Shown here one piece after another: positions 56,150-64,000 of a stretch of 64,000 nt of DNA; position 1 is the first letter of the stretch; the number at the start of each line of letters is the position of its first letter. The translations under genes and the position numbers were made by a program. This DNA comes from Escherichia coli (lineage in GTDB: Bacteria; Pseudomonadota; Gammaproteobacteria; Enterobacterales; Enterobacteriaceae): NCBI RefSeq assembly GCF_024223415.1, contig NZ_CP100500.1. One strand, given 5' to 3'. Under the pieces are notes generated by a model, which searched no databases, was not told the origin of the DNA, and was given only the letters and a program-made list of their open reading frames with translations.

Positions 56150-57451
56150 ATGCTAGTTGTAGAACTCATCATAGTTTTGCTGGCGATCTTCTTGGGCGCC
56201 AGATTGGGGGGAATAGGTATTGGTTTTGCAGGCGGATTGGGGGTGCTGGTTCTTGCCGCTATTGGCGTTAAACCCGGTAACATCCCGTTCGATGTCATTT
56301 CCATTATCATGGCGGTTATCGCCGCTATTTCTGCCATGCAGGTTGCTGGCGGTCTGGACTATCTGGTTCATCAGACAGAAAAGCTGCTGCGCCGTAACCC
56401 GAAATACATCACGATCCTCGCACCGATCGTGACCTATTTCCTGACTATCTTTGCTGGTACTGGCAACATCTCTCTGGCGACACTGCCAGTTATCGCTGAA
56501 GTTGCGAAGGAACAAGGCGTTAAACCTTGCCGTCCGCTGTCTACTGCAGTGGTATCCGCTCAGATTGCGATCACCGCATCGCCAATCTCAGCGGCAGTGG
56601 TTTACATGTCTTCCGTGATGGAAGGTCATGGCATCAGCTACCTCCATCTGCTCTCCGTGGTCATCCCGTCCACCCTGCTGGCGGTTCTGGTGATGTCCTT
56701 CCTGGTCACTATGCTGTTCAACTCCAAACTCTCTGACGATCCGATTTATCGCAAGCGTCTGGAAGAGGGCCTGGTTGAACTGCGCGGTGAAAAGCAGATT
56801 GAAATCAAATCCGGTGCAAAAACGTCCGTCTGGCTGTTCCTGCTGGGCGTAGTTGGCGTGGTTATCTATGCAATCATCAACAGCCCAAGCATGGGTCTGG
56901 TTGAAAAACCGCTGATGAACACCACCAACGCAATCCTGATCATCATGCTCAGCGTTGCAACTCTGACCACCGTTATCTGTAAAGTCGATACCGACAACAT
57001 CCTCAACTCCAGCACCTTCAAAGCAGGTATGAGCGCCTGTATTTGTATCCTGGGTGTTGCGTGGCTGGGCGATACTTTCGTTTCCAACAACATCGACTGG
57101 ATCAAAGATACCGCTGGTGAAGTGATTCAGGGTCATCCGTGGCTGCTGGCCGTCATCTTCTTCTTTGCTTCTGCTCTGCTGTACTCTCAGGCTGCAACCG
57201 CAAAAGCACTGATGCCGATGGCTCTGGCACTGAACGTTTCTCCGCTGACCGCTGTTGCTTCTTTCGCTGCGGTGTCTGGTCTGTTCATTCTGCCGACCTA
57301 CCCGACGCTGGTTGCTGCGGTACAGATGGATGACACGGGTACTACCCGTATCGGTAAATTCGTCTTCAACCATCCGTTCTTCATCCCGGGTACTCTGGGT
57401 GTTGCCCTGGCCGTTTGCTTCGGCTTCGTGCTGGGTAGCTTCATGCTGTAA
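56150..57451 (+). CDS. dcuA: anaerobic C4-dicarboxylate transporter DcuA
   Basis: ORF 433 aa MLVVELIIVLLAIFLGARLGGIGIGFAGGLGVLVLAAIG... Confidence 0.93.
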   Translation: MLVVELIIVLLAIFLGARLGGIGIGFAGGLGVLVLAAIGVKPGNIPFDVISIIMAVIAAISAMQVAGGLDYLVHQTEKLLRRNPKYITILAPIVTYFLTIFAGTGNISLATLPVIAEVAKEQGVKPCRPLSTAVVSAQIAITASPISAAVVYMSSVMEGHGISYLHLLSVVIPSTLLAVLVMSFLVTMLFNSKLSDDPIYRKRLEEGLVELRGEKQIEIKSGAKTSVWLFLLGVVGVVIYAIINSPSMGLVEKPLMNTTNAILIIMLSVATLTTVICKVDTDNILNSSTFKAGMSACICILGVAWLGDTFVSNNIDWIKDTAGEVIQGHPWLLAVIFFFASALLYSQAATAKALMPMALALNVSPLTAVASFAAVSGLFILPTYPTLVAAVQMDDTGTTRIGKFVFNHPFFIPGTLGVALAVCFGFVLGSFML

Positions 57452-57566
57452 TGACCAATCGCGGGGCGTTCACGCCCCGCTTTCTTTCCCGCCGACTAAC
57501 ATCCTTCCCCCGTCCGTTGTATAGTGACCTCTCTCTTGCGGTTCCATCTGTTCTTGCGAGGTGTTT

Positions 57567-57905
57567 ATGCTTGATGAAAAAAGTTCGAATACCGCGTCTG
57601 TCGTGGTGCTATGTACCGCACCGGATGAAGCGACAGCCCAGGATTTAGCCGCCAAAGTGCTGGCGGAAAAACTGGCGGCCTGCGCGACCTTGATCCCCGG
57701 CGCTACCTCTCTCTATTACTGGGAAGGTAAGCTGGAGCAAGAATACGAAGTGCAGATGATTTTAAAAACTACCGTATCTCACCAGCAGGCACTGCTGGAA
57801 TGCCTGAAGTCTCATCATCCATATCAAACCCCGGAACTTCTGGTTTTACCTGTTACACACGGAGACACAGATTACCTCTCATGGCTCAACGCATCTTTAC
57901 GCTGA
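57567..57905 (+). CDS. cutA: divalent-cation tolerance protein CutA
   Basis: ORF 57561..57905 trimmed to [32 protein letters not shown], 112 aa. Confidence 0.92.
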
Positions 57906-59578
57906 TCCTGCTACTTTGCAGCACTTCCGTTTTTGCCGGATTATTCGACGCGCCGGGACGTTCACAATTTGTCCCCGCGGATCAAGCCTTTGCTTTTGAT
58001 TTTCAGCAAAACCAACATGACCTTAATCTGACCTGGCAGATCAAAGACGGTTACTACCTCTACCGTAAACAGATCCGCATTACGCCGGAACACGCGAAAA
58101 TTGCCGACGTGCAGCTGCCGCAAGGCGTCTGGCATGAAGATGAGTTTTACGGCAAAAGTGAGATTTACCGCGATCGGCTGACGCTTCCCGTAACCATCAA
58201 CCAGGCGAGTGCGGGAGCGACGTTAACTGTCACCTACCAGGGCTGTGCTGATGCCGGTTTCTGTTATCCGCCAGAAACCAAAACCGTTCCGTTAAGCGAA
58301 GTGGTCGCCAACAACGCAGCGTCACAGCCTGTGTCTGTTCCGCAGCAAGAGCAGCACACCGCGCAATTGCCCTTTTCCGCGCTCTGGGCGTTGTTGATCG
58401 GTATTGGTATCGCCTTTACGCCATGCGTGCTGCCAATGTACCCACTGATTTCTGGCATCGTGCTGGGTGGTAAACAGCGGCTCTCCACTGCCAGAGCATT
58501 GTTGCTGACCTTTATTTATGTGCAGGGGATGGCTCTGACTTACACGGCGCTGGGTCTGGTAGTTGCCGCCGCAGGGTTACAGTTCCAGGCGGCGCTACAG
58601 CACCCATACGTGCTCATTGGCCTCGCCATCGTCTTTACCTTGCTGGCGATGTCAATGTTTGGCTTGTTTACTCTACAACTCCCCTCCTCGCTGCAAACGC
58701 GCCTCACGCTGATGAGCAATCGCCAACAGGGCGGCTCACCCGGCGGAGTGTTTATTATGGGGGCGATTGCCGGACTGATCTGTTCACCATGCACCACCGC
58801 ACCGCTTAGCGCGATTCTGCTGTATATCGCCCAAAGCGGGAACATGTGGCTGGGCGGCGGCACGCTTTATCTCTATGCGTTGGGCATGGGCCTGCCGCTG
58901 ATGCTAATTACCGTCTTTGGTAACCGCTTGCTGCCGAAAAGCGGCCCGTGGATGGAACAAGTCAAAACCGCGTTTGGTTTTGTGATCCTCGCACTGCCGG
59001 TCTTCCTGCTGGAGCGAGTGATTGGTGATATATGGGGATTACGCTTGTGGTCGGCGCTTGGTGTCGCATTCTTTGGCTGGGCCTTTATCACCAGCCTACA
59101 GGCCAAACGCGGCTGGATGCGCGTGGTGCAAATAATCCTGCTTGCAGCGGCATTGGTTAGCGTGCGCCCACTTCAGGATTGGGCATTTGGTGCGACGCAT
59201 ACCGCGCAAACTCAGACGCATCTCAACTTTACACAAATCAAAACGGTAGATGAGTTAAATCAGGCGCTCGTTGAAGCCAAAGGCAAACCGGTGATGTTAG
59301 ATCTTTATGCCGACTGGTGCGTCGCCTGTAAAGAGTTTGAGAAATACACCTTCAGCGACCCGCAGGTGCAAAAAGCGTTAGCTGACACGGTCTTACTTCA
59401 GGCCAACGTCACGGCCAACGACGCACAAGATGTGGCGCTGTTAAAGCATCTTAATGTCCTTGGCCTACCGACAATTCTCTTTTTTGACGGACAAGGCCAG
59501 GAGCATCCACAAGCACGCGTCACGGGCTTTATGGATGCTGAAACCTTCAGCGCACATTTGCGCGATCGCCAACCGTGA
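57881..59578 (+). CDS. dsbD: thiol:disulfide interchange protein DsbD
   Basis: ORF 57800..59578 trimmed to [23 protein letters not shown], 565 aa; N-terminal domain, TM core with Cys pair, C-terminal thioredoxin-like CVAC; overlaps cutA 3' end. Confidence 0.93.
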
Positions 59579-59614
59579 ACGACACTTGCAGTGGGAAAGA
59601 CGGAGGAAAATAGC

Positions 59615-60190
59615 GTGCAACGTGAAGATGTACTGGGAGAAGCCCTGAAATTATTAGAATTACAAGGGATTGCCTACACCACGCTGGAGATGGTTGCTGA
59701 ACGTGTGGATTATCCACTGGACGAGCTGCGCCGCTTCTGGCCAGACAAAGAGGCAATCCTCTACGATGCGCTGCGTTATCTTAGCCAACAGATAGATGTC
59801 TGGCGTCGTCAGCTGATGCTGGACGAAACGCAAACCGCCGAACAAAAGCTGCTGGCACGTTATCAGGCGTTATCGGAGTGCGTTAAAAACAACCGCTATC
59901 CGGGCTGTCTATTTATCGCTGCCTGTACGTTTTATCCCGATCCTGGCCACCCTATTCATCAACTGGCCGATCAGCAAAAAAGCGCGGCCTACGATTTCAC
60001 CCACGAACTGTTAACCACGTTGGAAGTTGACGATCCGGCGATGGTAGCAAAGCAGATGGAACTGGTGCTGGAAGGCTGTTTAAGCCGAATGCTGGTAAAT
60101 CGTAGCCAGGCGGATGTCGACACTGCACATCGGCTGGCGGAAGATATCCTGCGCTTCGCCCGCTGCCGCCAGGGTGGCGCATTGACCTGA
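59615..60190 (+). CDS. yjdC: TetR-family transcriptional regulator YjdC
   Basis: ORF 59591..60190 trimmed to GTG start ([31 protein letters not shown]), 191 aa. Confidence 0.88.
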   Translation: MQREDVLGEALKLLELQGIAYTTLEMVAERVDYPLDELRRFWPDKEAILYDALRYLSQQIDVWRRQLMLDETQTAEQKLLARYQALSECVKNNRYPGCLFIAACTFYPDPGHPIHQLADQQKSAAYDFTHELLTTLEVDDPAMVAKQMELVLEGCLSRMLVNRSQADVDTAHRLAEDILRFARCRQGGALT

Positions 60191-60296
60191 CAGAAACACA
60201 GAAAAGAAGCGATTTGCCGCAATCTTAAGCAGTTGAATCGCTTTTACTGAAATTAGGTTGACGAGATGTGCAGATTACGGTTTAATGCGCCCCGTT

Positions 60297-60372
60297 GCCC
60301 GGATAGCTCAGTCGGTAGAGCAGGGGATTGAAAATCCCCGTGTCCTTGGTTCGATTCCGAGTCCGGGCACCA
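60297..60372 (+). tRNA. pheU: tRNA-Phe (anticodon GAA)
   Basis: GCCCGGATAGCTCAGTCGGTAGAGCAGGGGATTGAAAATCCCCGTGTCCTTGGTTCGATTCCGAGTCCGGGCACCA; cloverleaf, GAA anticodon, encoded CCA. Confidence 0.95.
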
Positions 60373-60382
60373 AATTCATATA

Positions 60383-60409
60383 AACGGACCTCCACGGAGG
60401 TCCGTTTTT
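60383..60409 (+). terminator. intrinsic terminator of pheU
   Basis: cggacctcc-acgg-aggtccg hairpin followed by TTTTT, 10 nt after the tRNA CCA end. Confidence 0.6.
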
Positions 60410-60569
60410 CGTTTCAGGACGCCACGATTTAAGCGTCCTGCCGCCAAATCAATTCTACCGAACTCAACCAGACTCCCCCCACATCAACCCCATTGTGTGG
60501 GTATAATTGCGGGTATACCCCAGTTCGACAGAATTTGTACCCTCTTTAACGCATTCAGAAGGCTGAACT

Positions 60570-61832
60570 ATGGCACTGACTGACGCAAAAATCCGGGCTG
60601 CAAAGCACACTGACAAGGCTTATAAACTCACTGACGGGGCTGGCATGTTCCTGCTGGTACATCCTAATGGTTCCCGTTACTGGCGTCTCCGTTATCGCAT
60701 TCTGGGTAAGGAGAAAACTCTGGCACTTGGTGTATACCCGGAGGTTTCTCTCTCCGAAGCTCGTACAAAACGGGATGAGGCCCGAAAACTGATTTCGGAG
60801 GGGATTGACCCTTGCGAACAGAAAAGAGCTAAAAAAGTAGTCCCTGATTTACAACTCTCTTTTGAACATATTGCACGACGCTGGCATGCCAGTAATAAAC
60901 AATGGGCACAATCACACAGCGATAAGGTACTCAAAAGCCTCGAAACACACGTTTTCCCCTTTATCGGCAACCGGAACATCACAACACTCAATACCCCGGA
61001 CCTGCTTATCCCTGTTCGTGCTGCAGAAGCTAAACAAATTTATGAAATCGCCAGTCGTCTGCAGCAAAGAATATCTGCTGTAATGCGTTATGCCGTACAG
61101 TCTGGCATCATCAGATATAATCCTGCTCTGGATATGGCTGGCGCATTGACTACGGTAAAACGCCAGCATCGCCCCGCTCTTGATCTTTCTCGCCTGCCTG
61201 AACTTTTGTCGCGTATTGGCAGTTACAAGGGGCAACCTGTCACCCAGCTTGCCGTTATGCTGAATTTACTGGTTTTTATTCGTTCCAGTGAACTCAGATA
61301 CGCCCGCTGGTCTGAAATTGATATTGACAATGCCATGTGGACTATTCCAGCCGAACGCGAACCCCTGCCAGGCGTAAAATTCTCACACCGGGGCTCCAAG
61401 ATGCGAACACCACATCTTGTGCCACTCAGCAAACAGGCTGTAGCCATACTGACAGAACTACAGACATGGGCTGGTGAAAATGGTCTGATCTTTACGGGAG
61501 CACATGACCCGCGTAAACCAATCAGTGAAAATACTGTAAATAAAGCCCTGAGGGTGATGGGGTATGACACAACCCAGGATGTCTGTGGCCATGGATTCCG
61601 GGCGATGGCGTGCAGTGCATTGATTGAATCAGGTTTGTGGTCCCGCGATGCTGTGGAACGTCAGATGAGCCATCAGGAGCGTAATGGTGTACGTGCTGCG
61701 TATATCCATAAAGCAGAACATCTGGAAGAACGTCGACTGATGCTACAGTGGTGGGCAGATTTTCTGGATGCGAACAGAGATAAGGGTATCAGCCCGTTTG
61801 AATATGCAAAGATTAACAATCCATTAAAATAG
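60570..61832 (+). CDS. P4-type tyrosine recombinase (genomic-island integrase)
   Basis: ORF 420 aa MALTDAKIRAAKHTDKAYKLTDGAGMFLLVHPNGSRYWRLRYR..., Arm-binding N-terminus typical of P4-like Int; catalytic HGFR and downstream Tyr (RAAYIH) present; ~200 bp from tRNA-Phe 3' end. Confidence 0.9.
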   Translation: MALTDAKIRAAKHTDKAYKLTDGAGMFLLVHPNGSRYWRLRYRILGKEKTLALGVYPEVSLSEARTKRDEARKLISEGIDPCEQKRAKKVVPDLQLSFEHIARRWHASNKQWAQSHSDKVLKSLETHVFPFIGNRNITTLNTPDLLIPVRAAEAKQIYEIASRLQQRISAVMRYAVQSGIIRYNPALDMAGALTTVKRQHRPALDLSRLPELLSRIGSYKGQPVTQLAVMLNLLVFIRSSELRYARWSEIDIDNAMWTIPAEREPLPGVKFSHRGSKMRTPHLVPLSKQAVAILTELQTWAGENGLIFTGAHDPRKPISENTVNKALRVMGYDTTQDVCGHGFRAMACSALIESGLWSRDAVERQMSHQERNGVRAAYIHKAEHLEERRLMLQWWADFLDANRDKGISPFEYAKINNPLK

Positions 61833-61835
61833 TAA

Positions 61836-61880
61836 GCAGTCCGGGCTGATTGCCCGGACTGCTTTAACTGATTATTTTTC
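61836..61880 (+). terminator. putative intrinsic terminator after integrase gene
   Basis: gcagtccgggc-tgat-tgcccggactgc hairpin followed by a T-rich tract. Confidence 0.45.
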
Positions 61881-62097
61881 TTTGTAAATGATGACGAAGA
61901 TTGATGTTCTGGCAAGTTACTCCGGCTTCCATTAAAGTCCCTTCGTCATGTTCTTCAGGCTATTTATGACTGTGATTAGCACCAGGAATATCTGGTTTCC
62001 ATGAGAGCAGGTAATAACCCCCGGTGTTTTCGGCTGTTCTGGTATCCTTGTCCAACACAGGCAGTCATTATAAACGGTAAAAAATGTGGATTTGCCC

Positions 62098-63003
62098 CTA
62101 TATTTCCAGACATCTGTTATCACTTAACCCATTACAGGCCCGCTGCCGCAGATATTCCCGTGGCGAGCGATAACCCAACGCACTATGCGGATGCCATTCG
62201 TTATAATGCTCGAACGCCTCTGCAAGGTTCTTTGCTGCCGTTAACCCGTCTGGTTTGGGCATGACACTGATGTAGTCACGCTTTATCGTTTTCACGAAGC
62301 TCTCTGCTATGCCGTTACTCTCCGGACTCCGCACCGCCGTGTTCTTCGGTTCAAGCCCCAACATCCGGGCAAACTGCCGTGTTTCATTAGCCCGGTAGCA
62401 TGAACCATTATCCGTCAGCCACTCTACTGGAGACGCCGGAAGCTCGTTGCCGAAGCGGCGTTCCACCGCTCCTGGCATGACGTCCTGTACTGTTTCACTG
62501 TTGAAGCCGCCCGTAGTGACCGCCCAGTGCAGTGCCTCACGGTCACAGCAGTCCAGCGCGAACGTGACTCGCAGTTTTTCTCCGTTATCACAGCGGAACT
62601 CGAACCCGTCAGAGCACCATCGCTGATTACTTTCTTTCACAGCCACTCTGCCGGTATGTGCCCGTTTCGATGGCGGTACAGCGGTTTTTCGCTCAAGCAA
62701 CAGCGCATTCTGGCGCATGATCCGGTAAATACGTTTGGCATTGATCGCAGGCATACCATCAAGTTCTGTTTGTCTGCGAAGCAGCGCCCATACCCGACAA
62801 TAACCATATGTGGGTAGCTCTCCGATAACATGGTGTATACGGCGAAGCACATCCGTATCATCCGTGTGACGGCTGCGGCGGCCGTCCTTCCAGTCATCGG
62901 CTCGTCTGAGAATGACGTGCAACTGCGCACGCGACACCCGGAGACAACGGCTGACGAAGCTTACTCCCCATCCCCGGGCAATAAGGGCGCGTGCGCTATC
63001 CAC
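62098..63003 (-). CDS. insD: IS2 transposase OrfB (DDE integrase domain)
   Basis: ORF 301 aa [34 protein letters not shown]..., recognised as IS2 InsD. Confidence 0.92.
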
Positions 63004-63326
63004 TTTTTTGCTCGCCCATATTCAACGGCTTCTTTAAGGAGTTCATTTTCCATCGTTTTTTTGCCGAGCAGACGCTGGAGTTCTTTAATCTGCTTCATGG
63101 CGGCAGCAAGTTCAGAGGCAGGAACGACCTGTTCTCCGGCAGCCACAGCAGTAAGACTTCCCTCCTGGTATTGCTTACGCCAGAGAAATAGCTGGCTGGC
63201 TGCCACACCATGTTGCCGGGCAACAAGGGAGACCGTCATTCCCGGTTCAAAGCTCTGCTGAACGATAGCGATCTTTTCCTGTGTAGTACGCCGTCTGCGT
63301 TTCTCCGGCCCTAAGACATCAATCAT
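62961..63326 (-). CDS. insC: IS2 transposase OrfA (HTH)
   Basis: ORF 62961..63371(-) trimmed to [41 protein letters not shown], 121 aa; overlaps insD in the -1 frame. Confidence 0.9.
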
Positions 63327-63543
63327 CTGTTCTCCAATGACTAGTCTAAAAACTAGTATTAAGACTATCACTTATTTAAGTGATATTGGTTGTCTGGAGA
63401 TTCAGGGGGCCAGTCTAAAATGTATTCACTGTTATGAAATCAATAGTTCTGACGTACTGTTGAATGTGCTTGCGTTCTGAACCTTGTACAACCAGTACAT
63501 TTGATACCGAATTATAAACAAAACATTGCATCCAACTTTTTCA

Positions 63544-63566
63544 ATATGGACAATAGTTGTCCATAT
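63544..63566. promoter_or_regulatory. perfect 10-3-10 palindrome (ATATGGACAA-TAG-TTGTCCATAT), candidate operator upstream of the cargo ORF
   Basis: read directly from sequence ~55 bp upstream of the ATG at 63620, inside an AT-rich leader. Confidence 0.4.
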
Positions 63567-63619
63567 GGTGGTTTTATATTCGATAAATCAATGGATTTCA
63601 TTGAGTCATAGGACTGGTA

Positions 63620-64000
63620 ATGGATGAAAATGCTTTAGGGTTTGCCTCATACTGGCGCAACTCGCTTGCGGATGCTGAGTCAGGAAAGGGCAGTTTTGAA
63701 CGGAAAGACGCCAAAAATTTCACTCATTGGCATGGGATAGCGGCGGGACGTCTTGACGAAGCGATTGTCAGTAAATTTTTTAAGGGAGAAAAAGACGATG
63801 TCGAAACGGTCGATGTCATCTTGCGCCCAAAAGTTTATTTCCGGTTACTGCAGCATGGTAAGGACCGTTCTGCAGGTGCGCCTGATATTGTTACCCCGAT
63901 AGTGACGCCAGCCTTGCTAAGCCGTGAGGGTTTTTTATATCCGACGCCAGCGACCTCCATTCCCAGAGACCTGCTTGAACCTTTGCCAAAAGGAGCATTT
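63620..64000 (+). CDS. island cargo gene of unknown function (first 127 codons only; continues beyond window)
   Basis: open frame from ATG 63620 to the window end with no stop: MDENALGFASYWRNSLADAESGKGSFERKDAKNFTHWHGIAAGRLDEAIVSKFFKGEKDDVETVDVILRPKVYFRLLQHG...; not in ORF track because it is unterminated; I do not recognise the family. Confidence 0.5.
   Translation, partial: MDENALGFASYWRNSLADAESGKGSFERKDAKNFTHWHGIAAGRLDEAIVSKFFKGEKDDVETVDVILRPKVYFRLLQHGKDRSAGAPDIVTPIVTPALLSREGFLYPTPATSIPRDLLEPLPKGAF

Larger units (their letters stand above)
62087..63417 (-). mobile_element. IS2 (IS3 family), complete 1331-bp copy with 5-bp target-site duplication AAATG
   Basis: ends read tggatttgcccctata... 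and ...gattcagggggccagtcta (IS2 terminal inverted repeats); AAATG at 62082..62086 and 63418..63422; encodes InsC and InsD with A6G slippery site at 63003..63009. Confidence 0.92.

Noticed and set aside
61888-62123. Mini-ORFs between the integrase terminator and IS2, including a 63-aa minus-strand ORF starting inside the IS2 end
   Set aside because: No RBS or recognisable product; the 63-aa ORF is created by the IS2 insertion itself. No AlpA-like regulator is evident in this spacer.

Overview
Almost the whole window is conserved Escherichia coli-type core chromosome, collinear with (and inverted relative to) the K-12 interval ulaE to pheU. In order it carries the L-ascorbate ula genes, yjfP, bsmA, yjfN, aidB, the yjfI-yjfC PspA-like operon, rlmB-rnr-nsrR, purA, yjeT, hflCKX-hfq-miaA-mutL-amiB-tsaE-nnr, queG, three tandem tRNA-Gly(GCC), orn, rsgA, psd-mscM, yjeM, epmA, frdABCD, ampC, blc, gdx, ecnBA, efp, epmB, yjeJ, yjeI, groSL, yjeH, fxsA, aspA, dcuA, cutA-dsbD, yjdC and tRNA-Phe. 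All of the roughly 60 core genes look intact at the lengths I remember for K-12. The only accessory DNA is the last ~3.6 kb: a P4-type tyrosine integrase just downstream of tRNA-Phe, a full-length IS2 (1331 bp, 5-bp target duplication AAATG) and the first 127 codons of a cargo gene I do not recognise, which runs off the window. I cannot support a complete novel system from what is visible; the best candidate is the tRNA-Phe island, whose body lies beyond the right edge. Gene calls rest on my recognition of the translated ORFs; no database search was run. Starts were trimmed from the ORF-track maxima to the internal ATG/GTG/TTG that reproduces the known N-terminus. Coordinates of non-ORF features were read off the printed sequence and may be off by 1-2 nt; the printed line numbering disagreed with the ORF track by 1 nt at the mscM and frdA starts.
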